Part shown: positions 1 through 9,912 of the stretch, one piece after another
Numbering within the stretch: position 1 is the first letter of the stretch
Layout: the number at the start of each line of letters is the position of its first letter
Source: a virus
Taxonomy: Duplodnaviria; Caudoviricetes
IMG/VR virus record: IMGVR_UViG_3300013121_000001
Span: 1 to 64,000 of that record
Strand: one strand, 5' to 3'
Length of the DNA stretch: 64,000 nt
The notes under the pieces: generated by a model
What the model was told of the DNA's origin: nothing
What the model saw: only the letters and a program-made list of their open reading frames with translations
Database searches by the model: none
Position numbers and translations under genes: made by a program

Positions 1-1
1 A

Positions 2-3000
2 CACCCAAATGATAACTTATACCAACAAACTATACACGTTTACATACCACTCTACGATCCAGATAATCCGGATGCAGAGTATGTAATAACTGTGGATGTG
101 TGTTGCGGAGCTTGTAATGATTGCTGTAAATGTGAAACAATCACATGGCATCCACCTATCTGTACAGAAGAATGCGGAGAAGACCCAGACTGTTATTGTG
201 ATGATCCGTGTTTAGTATATAATCCTCTAACAGGTAATTGTGAGCCTTTGTGCCCAGCTGATAAGAAGTGCTGTCCAGAAGGTACAATAATTGAAGATGC
301 ATATACTGCAAGTATTGATGATTTAGACTCGCAATGTATAATTGCAACGATAGATCCTGACACCAATGACTTAATAGATGGTACATTTATATTTACACCA
401 GATGTTACAAACGTAAATTTGAATAGTCTTGTATGGACACTTGCACTTCCTATATCGTGTGGTGGATTACCAATGCCTAATGGTTGTCTTGATTGGTCAG
501 CATGTGCAGAAATATCATTGTTATCTGTAGACTCTTTAAATACGATAGAAGACTTTTTTGGTATATACACAATCACATGGATAAATGGAGCATTAAAAGT
601 TGAGTTGACAAAACAGATAGTTTCTCCACTATATCTGTATGTACATGTTGCATCAAGTATTTATTGTGACGACGTAAAAGCAAACTTTTCAATTTTAATT
701 AACCCTATAGATTTTGAATGTGGTAAAAGCATAGTAGTATCATCGTCAACATTCGCTGGAAGACCATTATGCAATGATGAAGCAGATTGTGCTGCAGTCA
801 TATCGGATGAAACTTATTGTGCCGAATGTTGCAATGATTTAGACTGTCCTTCAGGAAACTGTGTAGAAGGAGTATGTTTGTGCCCTCTAGACAATAGCGT
901 TCCAGATCCTATAACAGGACTATGCCCATGTCCCGATCCATTACCTTTATGTACTAACTGTACGCCTACTACTACATATCCTATACTTACACAAATTGGT
1001 GAAGATCCTGCATCTTGTATATTAAATTTTGAATATTATGATTATCAAACATGTACTTGTAAATGTCAAATTGGATATTGCTATCAGTTAATAATTGGTC
1101 CTGATGGAACTGTTACACAAACAGAATGTCAGATATGCCCAGTATGCGCAAATCCAGCAGAGATGTGGTATCAAGTTACTGCAGAAGGCAATATACTATA
1201 TGGCGTATCATGTCCTTCTTTATGTGAAATGTGTGTAAATAATGTATGTGTGCCAGTTGTTTGTGGTACAGGAACAATACCTAATCCAATACCTGGTAGA
1301 ACGTCTTGCTGTATTGCGGATCCATGTAATGAATTTAATTGTGACGATCCTAATGCAATTAACTATTGTCCAGAAATTGAAATTTTTGGATGTGGCTGTA
1401 ATTCTGCAACTACAGAATGTGTTTCTTGCTCTACAATAGATTGTGATGACCAAGAAGACTGTCCATTTGGATGCAATTGTGATACAGATATGGGTAAATG
1501 TGTACATAATCCGTGTGATACATATACATGTGAAGACGAAAACGATCCAGAATACTGTCCTCAAATAACAAACTGTGGTTGTGACGATGTGCTTGGATGT
1601 ATTCCTTGTGATACTGTACCGTGTCCTAATGGCGATGAATGTCCTGAAGGCTGTGCATGTGATGAGAATACAGAAACATGTGTTTATAATCCTTGCTTTA
1701 CAGCTTTATGCGCACCTGGTACACCAATAGAGAACTACTGTCCAGTAGTAGATGGTTGTGGTTGCGCTGATGAAGCGTGTATACCATGTAATACAGTACC
1801 ATGTCCTAACGGAAACGAGTGCCCTTATGGCTGTACGTGTGACGATAATACAAATATTTGTGTACAAGATCCGTGTGTAGTATTAGAGTTAGAATGTGGA
1901 TTGAATGTAGTAACAGCTACTTATCAGTTTAATTTATTACTTGAAGTAGCAAACAATGGAATACTTAATGTAACTATAGATCCTATTACTACTGAATGGC
2001 TACTTGATACTATTATATCAGGTCCTTTATCAGATATATTGGAATGGGAAATAAACCTTTCTCCATTTGTTGATGGATATATTTCTATTGATGACCTAAA
2101 CGCTTTTCTACCTGGAACTCCATTTAATGAAATACCTAATGGACTTAGTATAGACACTACGTTATTTGATTATGAGTTTATAATGGTGCGTTGTACAATA
2201 CTTAATACAGATATTGGTGGTACGCCAATATCAGTTACCTATAGATATCAAGATATTAACACAGAGATAACTGATCAATGGAAAGAAGGACTTGGAAGTA
2301 TATGTTATGCAATGTATACCATAGAACACAATCCAGAAATACCATTTGATAATGTTGTTACTTGGTATATAGATACAGACAATGATGAAGATATAGATCT
2401 TACTATAACTCCAACAGATCCAGAATTTGGTACACCTACTGTTGTAGGTTCAGTACCAGGATTTGGAGTAGCCTTTGCTGGCAACGAATATTTAATTATT
2501 ACATGTCCTGATCCGAGTAATTACACTGTAACAGCAGATGTAAATTCAGGCGAATGCTTAGAAGTAACTGCTTGTGGTACAGGCGAAGCGTGTCCATGTA
2601 CAGGATCTAGTAGTTGTAATGGAGTAACAATTACAGAACTAAATAGCCTAGAGGGTACTACATGGACAGTTGGACTAGACTTCTTTGATAGTAATGGCGA
2701 TCAGTTTCCTTGGAAGTGCGAACCTTTGTCTCCTGTTCAAGGTTGTGGTGGAACTGTAAACTCATATAATACCGACTGTGGTGGGTTAATTCCAATAGAG
2801 TATGCAACAGCTGCTCAAATTCCTGCACAACTTTGTTGTTTAAATGATTCGACAGATACGGGTACACCATGGGAAGATGCTGATCCATTACTTAATGACG
2901 ATTGGGGCGGACCGAATGTACAGTGTAATAATTGTTGTTGTGGATGGGCTTACTCAGGAGTTACTATTACGTCTATTAATGGATCTAATATTGTAGCAGA

Positions 3001-6000
3001 AATAACAAATTACGCAGAAGCAAAGATATGTTTTCAAATATTATTAAATGGTGCATCATATAGTATTAACGATGAGTGTTGTAAATATTATTGTGTAACA
3101 CCTCCAGAACCAACATGTGAAGACATGTCAGTTAGCCGATTTGAGATTGGATGTAATGAAGACAACACAGGATTTGAGTTTAGTTTTGATATTAATAATC
3201 CCAATAGTTCTGGTCCATATTCCATTGAAATTGCTAACAACGCAGTATGTTCAAATGCTTTGTGTAATCCATCTGATCCTGGCACTTGTGATTTTGGCGA
3301 TGGCTGTTACTGTCAACCCGATAGTGATACAACTTATCGTTGTCAGCCTCTTCAATATAGCATACCACTACCGCCAACCTATTGTACTGTACCTGGTATA
3401 CCAGCGTGGGCTTGTGAACCGTATGAGAATAATGATGTAATTGAAATAGTACCTCCTTTTCCATTGTTTCCATTAACTCCAGAAAGTACACAGACATTTA
3501 CAATTACTGATTTAACCACTGGTTGTAGTGTGCAATACACAGACGATATACCTTGTTGTCTTAACTATGAGTTAATAACGTATCCGAATTTATGCATAAA
3601 GGACGCAAATAACGCAATAGTTAATGGATACAATATATTTATTAATAGCAATTATGTTACAGAATTTACAATAGAAGTTACAATAGATTATTTGTTATTA
3701 CCATGGGGCCCAGTTACATCTATGTCTAATTATGTAACTTTTATAAGCCCATTACCCGGGTCATCAACTGGTGTTAATGGTGTGTATACTGGAGTAACTG
3801 CAGCAAGTGGTGTATTATTTGGCGGACTATCTGGAATATACCCTACAGACAATTGTTCAATCAATGGATTTCTATATATGTATGCAGATCTAAATAACTA
3901 TGACATTACTATTAATGTGTATCCAACCAATGCTCCTAACTGCAATCAAGTAATTACTTTAAATAATTACTTACAGTACGATTATAACATAGTGTGCGGT
4001 AATGAAGCTGTTGATATTACAATAGATGTATTAAACCATGTACTTGGAACTTTATATACAGTAACTGTAGATGCTTCTTGTGGTACTCCTATAGTAACAC
4101 AAACAGAGAACATCATACAAATAACAGGTTGTACTTCTACTGTAAGTGACGTATATATTACAATAGTAAACGCTGGTAATCCATTAAACAATGCGTCAAT
4201 ACTTATACCGGCATCTGAGATACAAACAGCCAGATTAGATTGTCCTTGTATGGATGTCGAAAGCTTCTACTCTTGTAATACAGATGAATTTAATATATTG
4301 GTTAATGGATCTAACTATGGTAACAACGTAAACTTTGTGCTAGAGCCTTTGAACTGTACGTGTAATAACTTAATATCCTTTACATTTACTGGTCCATATG
4401 GATCGTTTATATTTAGTGACTTTGACTGTAGTGTACCATCGGGTACAGTATACAGCTTTATTCTATATCCAGAGAACCATCCAGAATGTAACACTACTTT
4501 ATATGTAGATACGGATCCGCTAAACTGCGGTCCACTCTGTGAAGCAGAACCTACGTATACATACGATTGTGATTCAGGATTCTTATTTACCAATGCAGTT
4601 GGAGCTACAATATACTTTATAGATGGCGCATATACAGAATGCCCCGGGACTAATTGTTATGAAATAGAAGAAGGAATACCATGTCCTGGTGCAGGTTGTC
4701 ACGAAGGATCTGGCGTATTGTGGTTTGTTTATGACGAAACATGCTACGCACTATTAGGAATAACGAACTTTTCACATACAATTGAACAAGCAGAAACTAC
4801 ATTTCCAGATCCACCAGGTGTACTGCCATATCTAATATGTGGTGAGTCAGGTCCTGGTGATTATGTTACATTCCAGATTGTAGGTGGCACAGCTCCATTT
4901 AGCGTTACTGTAGATACAGATCCTCCTGGAGGTGGAAGTTTATTTCCTAATACTACAGTTAACACATCTGACACTACAGTAACTATTGGAATAGACAATC
5001 CTATTGCGGGAGATCACATTATTACAGTAGCAAGTACTGCGCCTAATATTATATGTGAACAAACAATACCAGTAACATATGACTGTGTTGTACCTTGTAA
5101 TAACGATCCGAGTTTGTTGATACAATGTGGTGGATGTGGTTTGCAACAGGTGTGGAGATTTGGTGGTCCGGGTGAATACATAACCTTAACTACTCAATTA
5201 GGCGAATTCTTAGCTAATGGCTCTCCATTAAGTGGTACTATACCTACAACATCGTTTGCTACATGGCAAAACAATGCGTATGTAACCACTACAATACCAG
5301 CATTAGGAGTAGATATAATTATCCATCAACCTGATATAAACAATCTTGAGTGGGAAATTTATGTAGTAGCTCCATGTTGTACTGAATGGGATACATTAGA
5401 GTTAGAATTTGGCTCATCTAATAACTTCTCATTAGGTACTAATTTAGGACTTATGTCTTGTCAACAAATTCAAACCTACGATGAACAGCATAAATGTTGT
5501 TTTTGTTTTACTGCAGCTAAAACTGGTGTTGTAACATCGCCAACTATTATAGACGAGATACAGTTTGGATGTAAGCACAATGCTACTAATTCTGTAATAT
5601 GGGCTACTGCACCTATGAATCCGGATAATATTACAACCGAATGTATAAATTGTAATGACATGGATCCAACATATTCACCATCTGTATTATACTTCCAGCG
5701 TGTAATAGAATACTCTGATGGATGTGCAGAACGTAATTTAGCATACTCGTTGCATGACAGTGGTGATACTAGAATATTGTGTAGACTTGGTATTCAAGGT
5801 TATTTCATAATAGAGCTAGAAAATATGGGAACACTCCCAATACCAGCAGGTACTGTATTTGATCTTGTATGGATAGGACTTGGAACTGGAACTATATTTG
5901 GCGCATCAACTAACTGTACAATTAACCCAAGTGGTACAGAGATTACAACAACTGGAATAGTAGACATAGGAGAGTTTATTGGATTCTATGTTAGATATAA

Positions 6001-6097
6001 TAATCCAGGATGTGTAATAAATAGTAACACAATAGAGATAACTACATCAGACATTACACTTAACTGGACTCCAATAACAATTACAAAAACATTATAA
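2..6097 (+). CDS. Giant Cys-rich, acidic virion fibre/adhesin-like protein (5'-truncated by the window edge)
   Basis: Frame is open from nt 2 (HPNDNLYQQTIHV...), so the GTG at 92 is not the true start. Contains EGF-like Cys repeats, beta-rich Ig-like blocks and an SprB-like segment (VTFQIVGGTAPFSVTV). Lies upstream of the tail genes. Confidence 0.65.
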   Translation, partial: HPNDNLYQQTIHVYIPLYDPDNPDAEYVITVDVCCGACNDCCKCETITWHPPICTEECGEDPDCYCDDPCLVYNPLTGNCEPLCPADKKCCPEGTIIEDAYTASIDDLDSQCIIATIDPDTNDLIDGTFIFTPDVTNVNLNSLVWTLALPISCGGLPMPNGCLDWSACAEISLLSVDSLNTIEDFFGIYTITWINGALKVELTKQIVSPLYLYVHVASSIYCDDVKANFSILINPIDFECGKSIVVSSSTFAGRPLCNDEADCAAVISDETYCAECCNDLDCPSGNCVEGVCLCPLDNSVPDPITGLCPCPDPLPLCTNCTPTTTYPILTQIGEDPASCILNFEYYDYQTCTCKCQIGYCYQLIIGPDGTVTQTECQICPVCANPAEMWYQVTAEGNILYGVSCPSLCEMCVNNVCVPVVCGTGTIPNPIPGRTSCCIADPCNEFNCDDPNAINYCPEIEIFGCGCNSATTECVSCSTIDCDDQEDCPFGCNCDTDMGKCVHNPCDTYTCEDENDPEYCPQITNCGCDDVLGCIPCDTVPCPNGDECPEGCACDENTETCVYNPCFTALCAPGTPIENYCPVVDGCGCADEACIPCNTVPCPNGNECPYGCTCDDNTNICVQDPCVVLELECGLNVVTATYQFNLLLEVANNGILNVTIDPITTEWLLDTIISGPLSDILEWEINLSPFVDGYISIDDLNAFLPGTPFNEIPNGLSIDTTLFDYEFIMVRCTILNTDIGGTPISVTYRYQDINTEITDQWKEGLGSICYAMYTIEHNPEIPFDNVVTWYIDTDNDEDIDLTITPTDPEFGTPTVVGSVPGFGVAFAGNEYLIITCPDPSNYTVTADVNSGECLEVTACGTGEACPCTGSSSCNGVTITELNSLEGTTWTVGLDFFDSNGDQFPWKCEPLSPVQGCGGTVNSYNTDCGGLIPIEYATAAQIPAQLCCLNDSTDTGTPWEDADPLLNDDWGGPNVQCNNCCCGWAYSGVTITSINGSNIVAEITNYAEAKICFQILLNGASYSINDECCKYYCVTPPEPTCEDMSVSRFEIGCNEDNTGFEFSFDINNPNSSGPYSIEIANNAVCSNALCNPSDPGTCDFGDGCYCQPDSDTTYRCQPLQYSIPLPPTYCTVPGIPAWACEPYENNDVIEIVPPFPLFPLTPESTQTFTITDLTTGCSVQYTDDIPCCLNYELITYPNLCIKDANNAIVNGYNIFINSNYVTEFTIEVTIDYLLLPWGPVTSMSNYVTFISPLPGSSTGVNGVYTGVTAASGVLFGGLSGIYPTDNCSINGFLYMYADLNNYDITINVYPTNAPNCNQVITLNNYLQYDYNIVCGNEAVDITIDVLNHVLGTLYTVTVDASCGTPIVTQTENIIQITGCTSTVSDVYITIVNAGNPLNNASILIPASEIQTARLDCPCMDVESFYSCNTDEFNILVNGSNYGNNVNFVLEPLNCTCNNLISFTFTGPYGSFIFSDFDCSVPSGTVYSFILYPENHPECNTTLYVDTDPLNCGPLCEAEPTYTYDCDSGFLFTNAVGATIYFIDGAYTECPGTNCYEIEEGIPCPGAGCHEGSGVLWFVYDETCYALLGITNFSHTIEQAETTFPDPPGVLPYLICGESGPGDYVTFQIVGGTAPFSVTVDTDPPGGGSLFPNTTVNTSDTTVTIGIDNPIAGDHIITVASTAPNIICEQTIPVTYDCVVPCNNDPSLLIQCGGCGLQQVWRFGGPGEYITLTTQLGEFLANGSPLSGTIPTTSFATWQNNAYVTTTIPALGVDIIIHQPDINNLEWEIYVVAPCCTEWDTLELEFGSSNNFSLGTNLGLMSCQQIQTYDEQHKCCFCFTAAKTGVVTSPTIIDEIQFGCKHNATNSVIWATAPMNPDNITTECINCNDMDPTYSPSVLYFQRVIEYSDGCAERNLAYSLHDSGDTRILCRLGIQGYFIIELENMGTLPIPAGTVFDLVWIGLGTGTIFGASTNCTINPSGTEITTTGIVDIGEFIGFYVRYNNPGCVINSNTIEITTSDITLNWTPITITKTL
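1318..1877 (+). repeat. Three degenerate ~60-aa (~180-nt) Cys-rich tandem repeats inside the fibre gene
   Basis: Units follow [DN]PC...C...YCP...CGC...C..C....C....CP.GC.CD.....CV. Nucleotide similarity is visible between about 1597-1697 and 1777-1877. Confidence 0.8.
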
Positions 6098-7059
6098 TGT
6101 CAGCATTAATTTACTTTATAAATAAAATACAAAACTGTGGGTGTTACATACTAACTATAGATAATGGAACTACACAAACGTATGAATACGTAACAAGCAA
6201 TTGTGATCCAGATCCTACGTGTTCTTGCTATCTTGAAACCATAACACAAACAGTAACACCGCCAACAGCAGCTACGTATATGTTACCTAATATGTATACA
6301 CCAGATGGTACAGTTACAGCTGATGGTAGTGTACAAATTCAATTTAATTGGAATGATCCAACAAGCTGTAAGTTTGACAACTTTGATGTAATGACGATAG
6401 ATATAGTAACAGGTATCTGGAGATCTAATTTATCTACTGGAATAGGAGCTACTTGGCCATTAATATATGAATGGTTAACAGGCCCACAAACTCCACCATT
6501 TGATAATGCTGAAGCCACAGCTCTTACAGCTAGCATAGTAAATTCAGATACAATGGAGTTAAGTGGTATGATTGCTATTCCATACGATGGTTATATTCCT
6601 GTTATGAATTACTATATAATACTTACAGATTATAATAACTGTAACGCAATAGTAAACGTAGAACACTTTATACCATATGAGTTAGGATATGCAGATTTAG
6701 GTAATGGATCGTGCGCTGTAGATGAAATCACATTTAACCTTAGAATAGAAAACAACTCATTAACAGCAATACCAGCAGGTACAGATTTTAATATAAGTTA
6801 TGCAAGTGGTGTGTTTACAATACCAGGTACAATTGAACATGTACTTGAAGATGTAGACTACTCTATAACAGCAGCAGGAGCCAATCCAGGCGAGATTATT
6901 CTACTTGAAGATTGGTTACCAGGAGAAGTACTTGCGTTTGATATAGTATTAAGTGATGTAGGATGTCTTACTACAGGAGATTTAGATGTTGAATTTACAC
7001 AATTTAATACCACATTATTTACACCCTTACCATTACAACTAACAATTACAATACTATAA
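6097..7059 (+). CDS. Putative virion/fibre-associated beta-rich protein with C-terminal Ig/CARDB-like domain
   Basis: TAATG-coupled to the upstream gene. C-terminal LRIENNSLTAIPAGTDF resembles IELENMGTLPIPAGTVF at the end of the upstream protein. Confidence 0.55.
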   Translation: MSALIYFINKIQNCGCYILTIDNGTTQTYEYVTSNCDPDPTCSCYLETITQTVTPPTAATYMLPNMYTPDGTVTADGSVQIQFNWNDPTSCKFDNFDVMTIDIVTGIWRSNLSTGIGATWPLIYEWLTGPQTPPFDNAEATALTASIVNSDTMELSGMIAIPYDGYIPVMNYYIILTDYNNCNAIVNVEHFIPYELGYADLGNGSCAVDEITFNLRIENNSLTAIPAGTDFNISYASGVFTIPGTIEHVLEDVDYSITAAGANPGEIILLEDWLPGEVLAFDIVLSDVGCLTTGDLDVEFTQFNTTLFTPLPLQLTITIL

Positions 7060-7060
7060 T

Positions 7061-7687
7061 ATGCCTTGCTGCAACAACGAATGTTTAGAACCCATATACG
7101 CATCATGCGTACAAGTAGATAGTTCTGGATTTCAGAACTTAAGTACAGAAAGTGAAACTCTCACAGATGTATTGAATAATATAGATGAAGTAATATTTAA
7201 TGCAGAATATGATTTAAGCAATACTAATGTTACAGTAAACTTACAAGGTATTGCAGGAGATTGCAGTACAAGTTTATCTGCTACATTAACATACACTAAT
7301 GGTGCAACTAATGATAGTATTAATATCGATATACCAGGTATTACATCAGGTACACCACTATTTCCAGCTTATGCAGTAAGTGTAAGTATATATAGTGGAG
7401 CTACATTTGTAGCGACAACTACTGATCTTAGTACTGCTATATCCTTTTTAGCTACATTAAATAATGGTACAGCACTAACAGTCTTAATAAACTTAACAGT
7501 GCTTGGTGGATCAGGACCATATCATAAGGTAGTTGTCATACCATCGTATAGTCCTAATGCTACTTTAACTGCAGAACTTGATTGTACAAACAACAGTGTG
7601 ATTACATTGCCTGTAATATCATTGTTTAGTTTGTTAATTAATAAGATTAATGATCTACAAAATCAAATAAACCTACTCTCCGAGTAG
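7061..7687 (+). CDS. Putative fibre/structural protein
   Basis: N-terminal Cys cluster (MPCCNNECLEPIYASCV), beta-rich middle, C-terminal short coiled coil (LINKINDLQNQINLL). Last gene before a terminator. Confidence 0.5.
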   Translation: MPCCNNECLEPIYASCVQVDSSGFQNLSTESETLTDVLNNIDEVIFNAEYDLSNTNVTVNLQGIAGDCSTSLSATLTYTNGATNDSINIDIPGITSGTPLFPAYAVSVSIYSGATFVATTTDLSTAISFLATLNNGTALTVLINLTVLGGSGPYHKVVVIPSYSPNATLTAELDCTNNSVITLPVISLFSLLINKINDLQNQINLLSE

Positions 7688-7713
7688 TATGAAATAGGGT
7701 TGTTATACTGATT

Positions 7714-7741
7714 AAAAGGGGAATATAACTTCCCCTTTTTT
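7714..7741 (+). terminator. Rho-independent terminator (possibly bidirectional)
   Basis: AAAAGGGGAA-TATAAC-TTCCCCTTTTTT hairpin with U-tract, 26 nt after the 7687 stop. Confidence 0.85.
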
Positions 7742-7779
7742 AGTTTTATATAAAACATTATGTAATTTTTTAAATAGTT

Positions 7780-7787
7780 TAACTTTG
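7780..7787 (+). promoter_or_regulatory. Possible Bacteroidota sigma70-type -7 promoter element
   Basis: TAACTTTG matches TAnnTTTG and lies between the terminator and the ATG at 7805. The -33 TTTG box is only imperfect (TATG). Confidence 0.4.
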
Positions 7788-7804
7788 TTAAAACAAAATA
7801 GTTT

Positions 7805-8554
7805 ATGACCTATAACGATATAATATCACAAGTAAAAACAATATTCTCTAGAGGCGTATGGTCAGATGATGATAGATTATCTGGAAGATATATCATACAG
7901 GTTGCACTAAGAAAACGCGCTAGAATATTAAAACAAGAACAAGAGAAAAAGAAACTTCAAGATAGATTCTCACGACAAAGAATACACTGTATAGAACTAA
8001 TTGATGCAGACAAACACGAGTGTGAGTGTATTCCAATAAAGTCAACTTGTAAGATACGACGTACCAAAGATAAAGTGCCTAGTCCAATAAAAGATTTTTT
8101 ATCTTCAGTAACATCTATTGATGGAGGTATTGTATACAGTCCAACTACATTTCAGAACTATGATAGTTATAAAAGACTATCACCACTTAGAGATAGACCA
8201 AAGTATTATATAGCAAATGAATATGTATATATAATTAATGATGATGATAAAGAATATATATCTATAGAAGGTGTATTTGAGGATCCACTTGAAGCAGGTA
8301 AAATATCTTGTAGTTCTGATACTTCAACATTAGAATGCTATGATGCGTTACAACAAGAGTTTAATATAAGTCCTGAACTAACTGACAGTATAATATTACT
8401 AACAATAGAAGAAATAATATCTACCTATAATAGAGGTCAGGAGGATAAATATAATGATGCATCATCTACAGATGTAGACTATACACAACTCAAAAAACAA
8501 ATAGATGCAATCAAAGGCAAAACCAAAAATAGTAACTACGACAGCACTTCTTAA
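7805..8554 (+). CDS. crAss-like tail ring/connector protein
   Basis: Motifs SDDDRLS, RTKDKVP, YYIANEYVYI and IEGVFEDP are typical of crAss-like ring proteins, and the position ahead of the tubular/stabilisation genes fits. Confidence 0.65.
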   Translation: MTYNDIISQVKTIFSRGVWSDDDRLSGRYIIQVALRKRARILKQEQEKKKLQDRFSRQRIHCIELIDADKHECECIPIKSTCKIRRTKDKVPSPIKDFLSSVTSIDGGIVYSPTTFQNYDSYKRLSPLRDRPKYYIANEYVYIINDDDKEYISIEGVFEDPLEAGKISCSSDTSTLECYDALQQEFNISPELTDSIILLTIEEIISTYNRGQEDKYNDASSTDVDYTQLKKQIDAIKGKTKNSNYDSTS

Positions 8555-8945
8555 AGAAATATCTATTGATAGATATTCTATGATTGACAAAGACTTTGTT
8601 AAGTTTGCTTATTCTTTATTAAAAGAATTCTTTTCTTTAGTAATTACAGGACTAACAGATAGTTATACTTATAAATTACCAATGAGATTAGGATTTATAA
8701 AGATTGAACAACTAAAAAGAAAGCCAGTTGATTGGGTAAACAGTGTTAAATTAAGGACAAAAATCATACATAAAAACTATAATACAGATGGGTATTTGTG
8801 TAGATTCACATGGAAGAAAAAGAACACATATACAATTTTTAATAATAAAAGTCATTACTCGTTTAGGCCAACGCGTACAATAAAACGTGCGTTTAGTAAA
8901 CTACTTCAAACAGAGTATAGACAATACACCCCAACAAGACAATAG
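8505..8945 (+). CDS. IHF/HU-like small basic protein of the crAss tail module
   Basis: Basic protein with YKLPMRLGFIKI and YSFRPTRTIKR, in the position crAss-like phages use for an IHF-like gene. Start uncertain. Confidence 0.55.
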   Translation: MQSKAKPKIVTTTALLKEISIDRYSMIDKDFVKFAYSLLKEFFSLVITGLTDSYTYKLPMRLGFIKIEQLKRKPVDWVNSVKLRTKIIHKNYNTDGYLCRFTWKKKNTYTIFNNKSHYSFRPTRTIKRAFSKLLQTEYRQYTPTRQ

Positions 8946-8946
8946 T

Positions 8947-9912
8947 ATGGATTATATATCAATTAAGTCTGCACTATCGGACTTCTTTTCCAATACAGGA
9001 AGAAAGGAAGAAGTAAACGAAGATAACATACTTCAATGGGCATCAGACTGTATGGAGAAGATTGGAAACTTTAGACAGTATAGCCCGAATATAACGTTAT
9101 TAGAACTTTCTAATTATAGAGCTAAATTGCCAAATGACTTCATTGCAGCTGAGTTACTTATGTTTACGTATACATCTACATCTTGCAACGATTTATCTCT
9201 TCAATTAAGCGAAACAATTACACAAGATCTAGAAGGTAGTTGTAGTGTAACAGTATCTAAAACTTGTGATGGTTGTTGTGGACAACATATAGTGGAGACT
9301 GTAGCTTCAGATGAGTTAGTAAAGTCACATCCTTGGATTGGATACTCAAGAGTTGTATTAACTAGTGATGCGTACAACAAGAGATTTAAAGATGAGTTTA
9401 TACCTATGAAGTTAAGTGACAAGGCAGCTGTAAAATATCACTTGAGTGATTGCGACAATGTTAGCTTACAATATTCAGATGTACTATATACTATAAAAGA
9501 TGGATACATTATAGCTAACGAAAAGTCTGGTAAAATACTTCTTTTCTATTTAGGACAAGTTGTTGATGAAGAAGGTTATCCAATGATACCTAATAAGATA
9601 GAGTACATCGATGCTATATATTATTATATAGAATATAAGATGGCTTGGGCAGACTATGTAGGTGAGAAGTCTCAATCCACAAGGATGTTATTTATAGACA
9701 CACAGAGAATGTCAAATGAAACTATAGCAAGATGCATTGCTAAAATGAATACGCCTACGTGGGCAGAAGCAATAGAAATAAGTGAGATGTGGAGACAAAG
9801 AATACCGCCGACTAATCTACGCGGCCCTAATTTAAATTATAATTTAGAAAGAAGTAAACTTGTAAATAATGCAAGATATAGGTCAGCAACAACCCTCTTT
9901 AGGAATAAATAG
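8947..9912 (+). CDS. Tail tubular (P22 gp4-like)/ring protein
   Basis: ATG at 8947 directly follows the previous stop. Motifs NYRAKLPNDF, YTIKDGYI and DEEGYPMIP...DAIYYYI. Confidence 0.7.
   Translation: MDYISIKSALSDFFSNTGRKEEVNEDNILQWASDCMEKIGNFRQYSPNITLLELSNYRAKLPNDFIAAELLMFTYTSTSCNDLSLQLSETITQDLEGSCSVTVSKTCDGCCGQHIVETVASDELVKSHPWIGYSRVVLTSDAYNKRFKDEFIPMKLSDKAAVKYHLSDCDNVSLQYSDVLYTIKDGYIIANEKSGKILLFYLGQVVDEEGYPMIPNKIEYIDAIYYYIEYKMAWADYVGEKSQSTRMLFIDTQRMSNETIARCIAKMNTPTWAEAIEISEMWRQRIPPTNLRGPNLNYNLERSKLVNNARYRSATTLFRNK

Noticed and set aside
1318-1877. CRISPR array or DGR template/variable repeat
   Set aside because: The repeats are in-frame protein repeats diverged largely at synonymous sites and not adenine-specific. 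No cas or reverse transcriptase gene is in the window.
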